A DNA stretch of 63,624 bases, filler included, from Licmophora abbreviata (Eukaryota), in NCBI GenBank assembly GCA_900291995.1. It is 13 parts of 13 records of this genome, joined end to end, with 100 filler letters (N's around TTAATTAATTAA, not from the genome) between each part and the next. Parts side by side here need not be neighbours in the genome. Positions count along the whole stretch, not along the records: positions 23,667 to 31,511 come from OLMU01002505.1; positions 31,612 to 36,904 come from OLMU01002506.1; positions 37,005 to 40,636 come from OLMU01002508.1; 10 more parts are not named here. The stretch is one strand, 5' to 3'. A program made the position numbers and the translations under genes. A model generated the notes under the pieces. It worked only from the letters and a program-made list of their open reading frames with translations, was not told the origin of the DNA and did not search any database. The stretch's first letter is position 1. Each line of letters starts with the position of its first letter. Shown here piece after piece: positions 26,099-37,978 of the stretch.

Positions 26099-27654
26099 AT
26101 GGCGTATTTCGCCCGCTTCTACGCGCACTGTCTTCCGATATGGATATATTTTGCGTTTTTATTTCTCAGCTTGCCGACAAAATCGTACGCAAAGGTCATC
26201 TCGGGAGCTTTCGTCTCAGCGGTAAGGATACAGAGTACACTTTGACCAAGTTCGCTCTCTCTCCTTACGCTCAAGGCACATTGCAGGTTACGCTGACATC
26301 CCCGGACATGTATGAGAATGAGCAATCACTCAAACTTCACATTTACAGAGACACACAGTGGACGACGGCACAGCGCGCCATGACCTGTACCGATACGGTT
26401 CGATACGCTCAACGGACTCTGCCCGTCCGTTTCGACTATGACAATCAGGATCCAAAAACTGAGGTGTGGAGGGGAGTAATTGAATCGAAATTATACCAGG
26501 AGGAAGAATCGCGTGCGCATTATTATTACATTGTTGTCGACGACTGCTCGCTCGAATGGCAGAATCGTGACATGAAGGTTCCCACTCTGCACTACGAGAC
26601 GATCATTATGAATGATGTCGGGGGAAAGAATTATGTCACTAATCCAGATGACGGTGCTAACGCAGAAATGCAAGACCCTGAGAAGATCGTCAAGTTGACT
26701 CACCTCTCTGCTGACGAAGCGGGTCTGTCCACTATGCATTCCATCACCTTGGTCGTGTCCTCGTTGATTGCCGTTCTCATGGTTCTGGCCATTTTCAATC
26801 AAATTATCGAAACCCGAACTGTACATGCTGCTTTGTTTCTTGTCATGGCAGCGGCAGCATGTGATGCTAGCTCCTCGCTGTTTGAATTAGTCCATCTGAC
26901 ATGGTACGAGCGAAACGGACATGGATGGTATTTTTTCGACGCGCTCTCTAGTCATTTGGAAGCCATGTGCGATAGTTTAGTGGCCTTGGTGCTCTTGAGT
27001 ATTGCATCAGGGTGGACACTTCCTTCCGATGTTGTCGCGGTGCCCTCAAGTCACACAACCTTCCTACAATCGCTCATTCAAGGACTGCGGAATCCGGCGG
27101 GAGCTCTCGTCACGTTTGGACCCGCGGGCATACTGGCACTGGTCATTATCGCCTTACATGGAATCTTGGCACAATGGGGACGCATCTACGATGATGACTT
27201 TGATTCTTACCATGCACTGGAACACCTCCCTGGAAGGATATTAATGTTCTTTCGTATGTTTCTGGGGCTGCTCATGGTGGCGGCGACAGTTCAGACCAAG
27301 GCCAACTGTCCGGCTTCGTTGCAACAATTTTACGTTCGATTTGCCATTGTAGGGACACTGTGGTTTCAGAGCTTGCCATTCGTCACGTGGATCTGCAGTC
27401 GTGTCGTACCTTACTATTTACGACATCCCACCGTGGCAACATATGGAGCTTTGGTACAGTCGACCTCGTTGGTGCTGTTGGCATGGCTCGTCACGTCGCA
27501 TGCGAAGGATAGCTTTCACAAAATGAGTCGACTGCAGGGGAAAGACAATCTCACGGACGATTTGGCAACTGGGATAATAGGCAGTACCAGCGATGATGGT
27601 AGATCGGCGCCACGGTCGTGGAAGTTCGGCAAGGCCAAGATACGTTTAGACTAG
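26099..27654 (+). CDS. GPR180/TMEM145-type 7TM protein with luminal N-terminal domain; 1-nt frameshift near 26206
   Basis: LTKFA, RAHYYYIVVDDC, HLSADEAG, then 7 hydrophobic segments including LLSIASGWTL. The signal peptide MAYFARFYAHCLPIWIYFAFLFLSLPTKSYA-KVISG is encoded from ATG 26099 in the adjacent frame. Confidence 0.78.
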
Positions 27655-27710
27655 AATCTGTGCTACAATGGAATACTGATAAGAACACACGATATACCAG
27701 AGCTCTATAA

Positions 27711-28715
27711 CTACTCTGCATTCGCTGTTGCCGTGGACGGGTCGTTATCATTCAGAAACGAGGAAAGAACAGCACCGTACAACTGTTCATTTTCCAAGAG
27801 GCCATGATGAGAGCACCCCGCGAGTACCATGCTCTGCGACGTTTCAAAGACGTCGCTCCATCCCTCTATACATGGTTGCGTCACAAAATCGTCCTGTCCC
27901 CTCAGTACAAAGACTGGTTGTGCAAGCGGCTCCGTGGTGCCACCTTCCAACGATGCCACGTAGTCCGGAATAGCGTCAATGCCCCGCCAAACGGTTCCCG
28001 CCTGCGCATAGGCATCGACGAGGGACAGAGGTGTCGGCACAACACGACATTCGTGTCTTTGACGAAAGGTCTCCTTCACTTCGCGTTCGTCGTCAATTTC
28101 AATTCGGATGTTTTCCATCAATCGGTGTGATTCTTGGCTAAGCAAGGCTATGCTCGTAGGTACACTGGACATTGTCACGGAACGACACTTCTTGTCACCA
28201 TCTCTTGTTCTCTTCAAGTACTCGAAGGCCAGTATTCCACCGAACGAATGTCCATACAAATGAAACGACGAAAGATTCCAATGTTCCAAGAGCACCTCCA
28301 GATCATTCACGGCGAGTTGGATCCCGTATGCTTCTGGCTGAGCAGGTCGTGAGGAACGTCCACATCCCAATTGGTCGTAGAACACAACGCTTCGATCTAA
28401 CACGACATTGACGAGAGAAAACAGATAGTTGGACGGCACACTGGGACCCCCGTGCAAGACAATCAATGGAGGTGCGAAGGCTACCAATGGACTTTGCTTC
28501 ATCTGTCGGGGACGAAAGATGCGATAACGGATTGTGCCTTGGACAGTCGTTGCGTCATTCAAGGTGCGAGTGACATCCACCGTGCCATCGACGCTCATGA
28601 CGCCAGTGACGCAAATGGACGACGGTGGTGGTGGCGCCAGCTGAACGCGTTCCTGGTAGTCACGGTCGGCATCCGTAGGATCCTGTTGAGACAGATGGGA
28701 TGGAAGCAGATTCAT
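27711..28715 (-). CDS. Proline iminopeptidase / L-proline amide hydrolase (peptidase S33, alpha/beta hydrolase)
   Basis: LIVLHGGP, YDQLGCGRS, GHSFGG nucleophile, GQDD acid and SHH His. Confidence 0.85.
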   Translation of the reverse strand: MNLLPSHLSQQDPTDADRDYQERVQLAPPPPSSICVTGVMSVDGTVDVTRTLNDATTVQGTIRYRIFRPRQMKQSPLVAFAPPLIVLHGGPSVPSNYLFSLVNVVLDRSVVFYDQLGCGRSSRPAQPEAYGIQLAVNDLEVLLEHWNLSSFHLYGHSFGGILAFEYLKRTRDGDKKCRSVTMSSVPTSIALLSQESHRLMENIRIEIDDEREVKETFRQRHECRVVPTPLSLVDAYAQAGTVWRGIDAIPDYVASLEGGTTEPLAQPVFVLRGQDDFVTQPCIEGWSDVFETSQSMVLAGCSHHGLLENEQLYGAVLSSFLNDNDPSTATANAE

Positions 28716-29050
28716 GGTACTGAATAGTGACAGCGGACAAAAGACAATAAGATTCAAGATTCGACATCATCACCAGCGACGCCATTTTGTGAGCGTCCGT
28801 TTGTACGCGGCGAAGAGATGAGAGATGTAATTGCGTGACAACGAGCTCCGTCCATATATCATGCAGAAGGAGAGAGCACGTACTATCCTACAAAGGGTGT
28901 CGAAGCAATAGCTTTCGTTGTCGTTCTAAACAGCGTTCCAAACGATAGATCTTCCGAACTTCTTGAATCAACTGAGTATCAATATAAACTTAAAAGCTGC
29001 AAGCGGTGCTAACAGGTTCCAAATGTACGGTAGTAAATATTAACACCCGA

Positions 29051-30741
29051 CTAATCGTTGTGAGAGTGGGAGAATTCGTAGCGATAGAACATTCCAATAA
29101 GCTTGTTCACAAGAAGTCCAAATCCGGCAAGCGCGAGAGTGCTCGCAAGGCTACCCTTCACTCCCAGCTTGGCAGGTCGAATGACAGCCACGCACGCCGC
29201 GGCAAACATCGATGCGAATCGAACCTTCTTGAGTCGCCGCAATGCATCCTGACAGTAGCGGCAGTGCTTCGTATGTGCGTTCCACACATCAAACACGACC
29301 TCGTTGGACGGTGGTGGCATGGTAGGGCTATTCTTGTACGGAATCCCGCCTCCCGCAAGCTGTCTCATCCAGTTCCGAAAGTTAATCACTCCCTTATCGC
29401 TGTTCACGGGATAGACAGCCTTGGTGTAGTGGAAAGGCTTCTCTCCTTCCTCCAGGTACGCCTTGTATTGACCTGTGCTGGCCAAATGACGTTCTTGGTG
29501 ATGGAGAAAGAGGCCGTCCTGGTTTAGGAAGGCGGACGCCAGTACGTGATTCAACCATATCGGCATGGGTGCAGTGAATTGCTTCAGTAATTGCGGCATT
29601 TTACCGTTCTTGTCCTTTACTATCACCATTCGGCCCACGTGATTGCAGAAACCGGGTCGGGAGGGCGAACAGTACAACTCCAACGTTTGCTTGGCGCCAT
29701 CCTCACCGAATCCAGCATCAATTGCCACAAGTGCGGGAGCGATAAAGTTCGTGATGCCAGGGTTCGTAGCATTCGGGCTTTTGGAAGAAATAGAGAAGCC
29801 GTGCTTGGTTAACGGTGTCACAGTGTCGACTACCATTTCTTGATTCTGGTAGCGGCTTCCCACGACATTGTGGTGAGAGACCGACACATGAGCTGTTTGT
29901 TGAAGGTTCGACATGTACGCGGTGTGAGCAAAACACAAAGTTGTATGGCGACTCTCTTCTGCACTGATTGGTACTCACCTGGATCCACGACATTTTCGAG
30001 AAAGTAGTCAGCTCCGTACGGCAATTCGCGGAAGTTCCATGGTCCCTCCCAGAGCCTGTCGGATGAGACCTCCGCCGGACGGCACCCGACTGGGGTCAGC
30101 TCGGCTTCCAGGACGGCATTCTCATCCGAACTAGGCCACACAAAGAGCACACCATTCACATTTTTCGTAGGGAAGGCGTTGCAGCTCGTTTTTGGATTGG
30201 ACGTCACGCGTTCGAGCTCGCTCTCAGACCCAATCTGTGGCACAGAGACACATGAACCGTCGCCATCGAATCTCCACGCATGATAGGAACAGAGCAGTGT
30301 TCCATCGTCTTCGACTCGACCTTCGCTAAGCGGCACCTTTCGATGCGGACACTCGTCGACAAAGGCGCGCCAGATTCCTTCGGTGCGTTTTGCACCCTTT
30401 GGGCGCTTGGATTTTGGGCCGAACAGTCCGCCCTCGACAGGTCCGTCATTCCAAACTACCACATCCATTCCAAGCAACTGGAAACGATGAGGCTTTTCCG
30501 GATCCAAAATTTCCACAGGAACCAGAGGATACCATGCTTTATTCCAGTCAAACTGTTCCGACTTATCCTGGGGTTCCTCCTCGGTAAAGGCTGGTACATC
30601 GACTGCGGTGCTGACGCGTAGAGGGTACGTCGTCGCTTTCCGCTGGATCCTTGCCGTCAGCCTTGCGGGAGCAGGAGAGAACGACTGCACCCTTACGGTG
30701 ACACACGCCACTGCCACAAGCAGCATCAACGCTAGTTTCAT
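29051..30741 (-). CDS. Plastid Rieske [2Fe-2S] oxygenase of the PAO/TIC55/PTC52 family; exons 30741-29979, 29892-29051
   Basis: Signal VQS-FSP, WNKAWYP, CPHR...CSYHAW Rieske ligands, spliced ENVVDP|AHVSVSHH mononuclear Fe site, HTKHCRYC and two C-terminal TM segments. Confidence 0.92.
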
Positions 30742-31113
30742 GGTGATTAGAGTCTGTCCAGAGGGGTTGCAAGATGGCGATAGACGACGAGAACGACGCA
30801 ATAGTTGCCGTATCACATTATGTACGACCGCATCACATGCATCATCGTGTGCCGGTGAGAATGAGAAGCGTGTCCGATGAGTCAGACACGCGCGGCGACA
30901 GCGTGCAAGACACACATCCCGCCGGTCATCGAACGCGCGCTCCATCGCTCTGTGATGCATGACCACAACATCATCAGCCATGAGTCACATAACTCGCGTC
31001 GATACCTCAAAAGTGCGATGCTAGTCATAATTATAACGCAGTCGAAGACTCACGGTGGGATCACCTCATAGTATTTTTCTGCATTAGCTATGATCGTACC
31101 TGCACTCTTAGCT

Positions 31114-32027
31114 TTACTGGTCTTCTCTGTACTGCGCTCCCTCGGATCCAAGTTGCAAAGCAGCGAAAATTCCAAGACTAACGGAGAATCCCAATAGAAC
31201 AAGAAGACCTGGTGTAAAGTTCGGTTCCACGACGTTGACGATAAACTGATCCACATCCTCCGGGAGCGGGTTGCCCGACGCAGCAGACCAAGCCTCGGCT
31301 GTTATGCCAAAACCGGCCGCGACAAACACTACCGTACTCACGGTGACTCCTAACTTGAGAAAACGATCAATGCCAATGAGAAGAGGCGCAGGAATCATTT
31401 GCATAAGATCTAGGTCCTCCTTCTCAGCCATCTTTTTCCACTCTTCGCGCTTTCGTCGATCTTCTGCCATCTTTTCTCGTTTCTTCGTGTCCGTCTGCTG
31501 TTCTTCTAACGNNNNNNNNNNNNNNNNNNNNNNNNNNNNNNNNNNNNNNNNNNNNTTAATTAATTAANNNNNNNNNNNNNNNNNNNNNNNNNNNNNNNNN
31601 NNNNNNNNNNNCGTTTCTTCGTGTCCGTCTGCTGTTCTTCTAACGACTTAAGGCCATACTGTTCCCGGAGAATCTGCTTCGTCCGCTCTTCCGGGGTGAT
31701 AGTGGGATCTGTCTTAGATTCTGATTTGGGTGCCTCCATCATGGTGGGAATCACCTCAGAACCTCCACGTTCGACGCTCTGTAGAATAGGCGCCGAGGAC
31801 TCGGTCGCAGCAGTAGCAGTCGACTTAGCCGGTTTTGCTTCTGCTGCAACAGCCTCTTTACCAAAACCCCTTCCTGTAGGAGATCCTCGCTTTCCCTTCT
31901 TCTTGGCCATCTGGAGCGTCGAAACGGTGTGCTGGCTGCTCACCCGCGGTGTCACTACGAACGCGGTCGCAGTCAGCGGCAGCATCATGAACACGGCCAC
32001 CAGTAACCCTGTCTTTTTTCCAGTCAT
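31114..32027 (-). CDS. LPA2: Plastid two-TM protein resembling LPA2 (low PSII accumulation 2); continuous across the false gap 31512-31611
   Basis: Signal TA-FVV. The C-terminal ASGNPLPEDVDQFIVNVVEPNFTP resembles the plant LPA2 inter-TM segment as I recall it (ASG.LPE..D.F....L.P.FTP). Gap flanks share a 34-bp overlap. Confidence 0.62.
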
Positions 32028-32407
32028 CCTGTTTATCTCCTTTGAAATAGCTACACCAACCAGTCCACCTTTTGGGGGGCCAGCACAATGTCAAAAGTCG
32101 CAACGGGGTGCCTTATCCCAACCACCTCATGGCTGTGTGTGTGATGCTGATGATGCAATAAGACAGCTTTTCTCGCGCCAAAGATTGTACTCAACTTCCG
32201 GGTCTCTCAAATAACAACCGTCAAAAGAGTACGTCACACCACGAGCGAGGCGAGCCACCAAAGTCAATGCGATGCGCGTGTGACGGCGGATCGTGTCAAT
32301 TTTCCCACCTACCGGCTTCTAGCGATACGTTGCATCATACTGGCTGTGAATGGTTCAACGCACCGAAAGCACGAAGAAATTTCTTGTATTTCATTGATGT
32401 ATGTGAG

Positions 32408-33202
32408 ATGATGATTGTTCCTGTGTCTCCTGAGAGGACATGGTCCCATTGCGCACCTGGTTTTGAAGCTGACAAAGGACCGCTTGTTGTTGTGTTTCGC
32501 ATGGAAGCGACAACGTCCGTCGATTGTGACGACGATTCCCTTGATGAATTCTTCAAGATCGACGTTGATCATCCATCCATTCAGGAAGAAGATGTAGGTG
32601 ACATGGACGTGGACGAGAAACGTGTCAGATTTCAAGATGACGATACCCTCAAGGAAGTCTTCGAGTTCGACATTGGGCCACCATTGAGCGAAGAAGAAAA
32701 AATGACACTGTGGTGGACCCCCCTTGAGCTAGGAGAAATGAAATACCAGGCCAGAAAACTATCGAGAGCAATCAGGCATCGCCATGAGCACGTCAATACA
32801 ACGCTATCCTACATTGAGGTCCTCCAGAGCATCTATGCTGGTTGTGTTTTGACCGACGAAAAGGTGTCATTGGAAAACCGCCTGAATCTATGGCTATGGA
32901 TCACCTACGGTCACTCTCGACGTGGACTAGAACGTTGGATTGTACCAACGATTGGGCGACACCGTCGGTTTCGCCGACAGTCTGCGGTTCGAAACGTGCT
33001 CTGTGCACAGGATTTGCTGTCGTATGACGATATCAACGTGGAACGAAAGGCGGAAGTACTTCGAGAAACCTACGAGCGCTACTCTCAACAAGCCCGTTCT
33101 TTCGCAACTGCGCTCGGGGAAGCAGACGCTGTTGCAGCTCTAGAGCAAAGCGGCACTCCCATCACTACCATCGCCAGGTCAATTGACCCCACCTTGCTGT
33201 AA
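32408..33202 (+). CDS. Diatom-type hypothetical protein (KRVRF...LWW...RGLE family)
   Basis: Pattern KRVRF, LWWT..E, RRGLER, VL.AQ and A.ALG.ADA, which I recognise from an expanded diatom hypothetical family. Start uncertain. Confidence 0.6.
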   Translation: MMIVPVSPERTWSHCAPGFEADKGPLVVVFRMEATTSVDCDDDSLDEFFKIDVDHPSIQEEDVGDMDVDEKRVRFQDDDTLKEVFEFDIGPPLSEEEKMTLWWTPLELGEMKYQARKLSRAIRHRHEHVNTTLSYIEVLQSIYAGCVLTDEKVSLENRLNLWLWITYGHSRRGLERWIVPTIGRHRRFRRQSAVRNVLCAQDLLSYDDINVERKAEVLRETYERYSQQARSFATALGEADAVAALEQSGTPITTIARSIDPTLL

Positions 33203-33221
33203 TCATTGTAATAGAGATAGA

Positions 33222-34060
33222 TTACTTAGAGAGAGTAGCTTTGCTGATGTACGATAGCTTGGGGAAGGCCTCCAGATAGGCGTTTCCTTTCGCCTGAATG
33301 GCAGCCTGGCTCGGTCCTTTCCCAGCAGGCGCACCCTCGCCATAACCAGAGTAGAACCTATCCGCGACTTCCATTCCTTCAATCACTTCTCCAATAGGCG
33401 AGAATCCTTGCTTGTCAAGAAAAGCATTACCCTCCTTCCGGGTATTGATGAAAATCTGGGACGTGCGCGTACCAGGACCTGCTGTTGCAAACACGACCGT
33501 ACCTCGGGTATTGCTGACTTTCACAGGATCATCCGCGATGCTCGCCGAGCGCCACTTGGACTGCACTGCAGGATCTCCATTGATTCCAAACTGGGAAACA
33601 AACCCGGGCAATACGCGAAAGACACGGCAATCATCCCAGAATGCCTCCTTCGTCAGGTCTGTCGATAAAGTCAAGTCGTCGATTAGAATCGAGAAACAAC
33701 GATTCGATTGCGTTAGAATCTACTCTGTTTCTTACCTTCAAAGCGCTGCACACCTCGTGGTGCCCAATCTGGACGTAGCTGGATCTTGATCGTGCCAGTC
33801 TTTCCTTCTTCACCGTCCAAATTGGCAATTTTGAGCTCGACAATACTTCCCACTACATCTTCTGCAGAAGCGGGCTCTGCTTGCCATGTATTTTCTAGAA
33901 GCAAGCCCGACAAGGCGAGACCCACGACATCGCGACGAGATGCCTGCAGAGCTGTCGACGATGTCGTGGCACGCGAGCTCAGGACAAACGAGTCCGCCTC
34001 TCTACTAGCCAAAAGCAAAGCAGCCACGGCAAAAATGCTAGTTGTATGGGAAATCTTCAT
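33222..34060 (-). CDS. Cyclophilin-type PPIase, plastid/thylakoid lumen; exons 34060-33736, 33658-33222
   Basis: Signal ADS-F, SRRDVV Tat motif, [42 protein letters not shown] and [12 protein letters not shown]. Confidence 0.9.
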
Positions 34061-34511
34061 GGTATCTCGATAGTTGAGAGGCAAAGACAACTAAACCTGG
34101 GAAAAAGGTGATGTGTTGGAGGGGCTGATGAAGGATGAAGATGATACGACTGTGTTGACACGCCGCGGTAGGGCAACATGCGATGTGATGACGCGACGTG
34201 ACGAGAGAGGAGCGACGACCGCGCGTGCGTACGCGGCGGCGGCCGTCGGGTATCATCGTGAAACGTATCGGTCCGCAACTTCCTAATGACGGGGAATGAC
34301 AATGCCGTCACGAAACACCATCGTCCAGATCTACAAGGGGCATTCATAAGCTCAAGGTTACCTGGGAAACGATCATCTCATACCAAGCTGTACAATAATA
34401 GTGTCGACGGTTGTCCAGCTTTTCCATTTTCTACCTAACCTCATCGATTGCAAAGTTACGTAACTTCTTCCTGCAGTAGTTCCTGACTCTAGGCTCAGCA
34501 TCTGCTTCCTT

Positions 34512-35129
34512 CTACTTCATGGCTTTGACGTCACCCAGCAAGACTTCGGCATCAAGTTCGGCCTCCTCTTCAGCGACGATACGGAAGCTATGAACAATTC
34601 CATCTTTCACAACCATACTGAACCTCGCAGCTCGTGTTCCTAGGGAAGCTACCGCAAAATCACGCTCAATGCTGTTTTCAATAGCCCAGGCTGCTTCAGG
34701 ATCCGACAGGAGCTGGATCTCGTCCGAGTTATTGCCGAGCACCTTGCCCCAGTTGTAGTGAGCGTACGGATCCGAAACGGAATAACAAATCAGGGCATCG
34801 GCACCCTCCTTGGCAAATTCCGCAGCAAGCTTCTTGTACGGTGGAAAGTGAGCGTTTGTACACGTGCCAGTAAAAGGAGCGGGAACGCCAAACACGGCAA
34901 CATTCTTGCCCGCGAAAAGAGTCTTCATGTCCATCGCATTGTCTTTGGCAAGGTTGGAGCCCTCCGAAGCACTCATATACCATGGGCGTGCCTTCTGCCA
35001 ACTTAATGCTGACTGCTTTAGATCGCTCCCTACAGCGATTGTGCGAGTGGCTGTGACAGCATAGGGGCGATTGGCAGTGGCAAGCGCCCTGGGCAGCGTC
35101 TTGGAGGCAAGAGCAAGCGTTCTAGTCAT
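34512..35129 (-). CDS. Type II peroxiredoxin (Prx5-like), probably mitochondrial
   Basis: Presequence, FGVPAPFTGTCTNAHFP (peroxidatic Cys), SVSDPY and RFSMVVKDG. Confidence 0.88.
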   Translation of the reverse strand: MTRTLALASKTLPRALATANRPYAVTATRTIAVGSDLKQSALSWQKARPWYMSASEGSNLAKDNAMDMKTLFAGKNVAVFGVPAPFTGTCTNAHFPPYKKLAAEFAKEGADALICYSVSDPYAHYNWGKVLGNNSDEIQLLSDPEAAWAIENSIERDFAVASLGTRAARFSMVVKDGIVHSFRIVAEEEAELDAEVLLGDVKAMK

Positions 35130-35620
35130 TATCGGGGTGCACGGGGATCTTCTAATTTTTAGACCAATTCGCGTACTCGATGAAACGCGATATGCAGGCT
35201 ACCGATGAAAGGGTGCCTTATCTCGGTGACGTCCAGATGGACGGGAACTATCTCAGGACGAGCCTATGATCTCGGAAATGAACATGGCGGCGCGTTGAAG
35301 TTTGGAACGAGAAAAAATTAATTGTGAGAACATGACGTGTTTGTGAACTCCGTCACGTTGACGTCATGCTACATCGAAGCCATCGCCACCGTCTACTACA
35401 TGTATCGAAGGGATGGTCTAGCTACAAGCCATGAAACAACACACAGAGTAACAGAGCTTTCACTCTTTAATAAAGCAACTGTCATATCAAAACAAATAAA
35501 ACTGACAACACGAACTCCGCTGACACACGAGCGAGGCGCTACGATTGTATTCTACTCGAAGGTGAGTACTCTACGAAAGCCATATAGAGTTGAGCCACGC
35601 GAGCTCGATTCGCACACCCC

Positions 35621-36904
35621 TTAGAAAGTCTTGAAAAGAGCTTGATCTCTCGGTGACAGCTTGGGAGGTTTCGCCTTGTCCTTGTCCTTCAAGTGGCTCC
35701 AGTCTGAAAAGTTTGAGTTGTCCAGAGGATCCTTGACCTGCGGCACCCACGGCGCCGTAGTCTGCTGACGGCGCAACGCTACCCAGTCGATATCGCTGAA
35801 CCACGGGTGGCTGTAGATATCTTTCAAACCACCGGCTAGAGAGCCAAGTCGATACGAAGGATCAACCTCGAGGAAATCCAGGATAATGGTCTTTGCCTCG
35901 TTCGACATGGGCTTGCGGGGGAAGTCAAAGTCTCCAGCTACGATGGCCTTGAACAGACTAAGCTGGTCCATCCCATCCACATAGAAAGGCGATTCGCCCG
36001 TCATGGACTCGTAGATCATACACCCTACGCTCCAATCTGTGAAACGTGAGAAAGAAACGAAGGTAAGAGGAGAGGATCGCGACCGAAACGAAAGGTGAGT
36101 AACAGCATACTTACGATCAGCGCCACGATCGTGACCCCTGTTGAGAAGTATTTCAGGGGCAATGTAGAGGGGTGTACCGCAGAATGTGTACGTCTTATCA
36201 GTCACATGCTTAGCTGTAATACGAAGCGACGAAAGGTGAGTTGATGCGCCGGAGCAAGTCTCCCTTACACAATTTTGCGGCACATACCGAAACCAAAGTC
36301 GATGATCACCGGGAAGCCCTTCGAGTTGATCATGACGTTCTCCGGCTTGAGGTCACGATGTATTGTGTGTCGACTGTGTAAGTAGGAAAGCCCCTCGAGG
36401 AGGCCAGCCATGTAGAACTTGGCTTTCTGCTCAGAAAGACCGTCGACCGTGCCTTGCTCGTAAAATACACCCTGCAATTCCCCTCCTTGGAGCAAACCGA
36501 AAAGCATATAGATACGATCGGGATCCTGGTAAGTCTTGACGAGCTTCATGATGAACGGGTGTCGAAGTTTCGCCATAACATTCTTCTCCCGAATGACCCC
36601 TTGTGCTTGACCGTTCTCGATGAGCTCATGCTTGATTTGAATCTTGAGCGCATATGGGTGCTTCTTGCCTTCGCTGTCCGTCGAGGAGACCAGCCAAACC
36701 TGCCCGAACGTCCCCGCACCCAGAATCTTGTGCTTCTTGAGATCCTTCATCTGAATCTTTGCTTCAAAGGCAGCCTCTCCGGATGAACCCTTGCCAATGT
36801 AAGCTGTATCGAATACCGTCCGACATTCCGCAAGTGTCAACACGCCAAGCTTACAATGGCCTTGTGCCGTGACGGAGTACGTTGGATGAAAGATGGGATC
36901 ACTC
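35621..36904 (-). CDS. Cyclic-nucleotide-dependent (PKG/PKA-like) AGC kinase, 5'-truncated; introns 36287-36214, 36114-36037
   Basis: LGAGTFGQV, YALK, HRDLKPEN, DFGF|AK, TFCGTPLYIAPE and an AGC tail. The end of a cNMP-binding domain (YSVTAQGHCKLGVLT) lies just before the gap. Confidence 0.9.
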
Positions 36905-37115
36905 NNNNNNNNNNNNNNNNNNNNNNNNNNNNNNNNNNNNNNNNNNNNTTAATTAATTAANNNNNNNNNNNNNNNNNNNNNNNNNNNNNNNNNNNNNNNN
37001 NNNNCAAGTCGAGACGTCGTACACGACTTTCCAGGTGTGGCGCTACCAGTAAGCCCTCGGTTATCAAGACCCTGCAACACCGCATGGTGCGCTGCAAAGT
37101 CACGACAAGGAGTCC

Positions 37116-37832
37116 ATGCGCAGCAAAAAGAAGGATCGCTCCCCTCACCCTTCCAAGCATGCATCGCCAGCTCTGGCATTGTCAAGCGCAGCGACGCCTC
37201 TTCGAGCCAAGGTGAAGGAGTCGCCCAACATCCGACCTCCATCTACAATGCGCTCGGTGAAGGAAGATTCCAAATCCCCGAACCGAAGCTTGATGGCAAA
37301 TAGCCCTCTGAAGAGTATCTCACGAGCCATTCATGCGTCGAAGAAGACTGGAAAACGGGCGTCGGAGCAGACGGTAGACGGTTCCTTGCACGATCGATTT
37401 TCCTGTGAAGCGGACGAAAACACGAACGCATCGAAAGAGAATCTGCTCCGACGTATCAAGGGGCTAGAGGCGCAGAACGAAAGACTGCTCGCTCGAAGTG
37501 AAACCCTGGAGGACAAGTGCGAACAGCTGAAACGAGAAAAGGATAAGCTAAAACGTTCTCTTCGTGAGGCGACGCAACGTCTGAGACAGTCTTGGACCGA
37601 AAACGATGAACACGAATGGCAGAGATCGAAGAGACTGAGAGTTGAAGAGCAACGATTGATTGAAAGTCCGCTGGAGCATCATATTGCCCACGTCCAGGCG
37701 ACGCACGAAATCAGTTCAGATTGGGTTCACGGAGGCAAGCCACCGTTTGCGCTACAGTTCCCGCGAAGTTGGACGCCTGCACAAGTCTTGAACGATCGCG
37801 ATCACGAAGAGGATCCAGTCACCGATAACTAA
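37116..37832 (+). CDS. Hypothetical coiled-coil protein (5' end uncertain, near gap)
   Basis: 238-aa ORF with heptad-rich LLRRIKGLEAQNERLLARSETLEDKCEQLKREKDKLKR. Confidence 0.5.
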   Translation: MRSKKKDRSPHPSKHASPALALSSAATPLRAKVKESPNIRPPSTMRSVKEDSKSPNRSLMANSPLKSISRAIHASKKTGKRASEQTVDGSLHDRFSCEADENTNASKENLLRRIKGLEAQNERLLARSETLEDKCEQLKREKDKLKRSLREATQRLRQSWTENDEHEWQRSKRLRVEEQRLIESPLEHHIAHVQATHEISSDWVHGGKPPFALQFPRSWTPAQVLNDRDHEEDPVTDN

Positions 37833-37978
37833 AATAAGCTGTCCTAGATCTTTAATGATACTAGAATAAAGATTTCGATGCCCGCTTTCTCTCGCCCCAT
37901 GAAGATTTCGAAACCACGCTTTTCTCTTTACCCATTTTGCCTGATACAATTAACAATGATATATACAACGTGTCGGCA

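Noticed and set aside
31478..31645. Direct repeats flanking gaps as target-site duplications of a mobile element
   Set aside because: Merging the overlaps restores intact ORFs, which fits unmerged contig ends.
37005..37303. Additional frameshift linking the 37037 ORF to the 37116 coiled-coil ORF
   Set aside because: No recognisable motif to tell which frame is real, so it cannot be supported.
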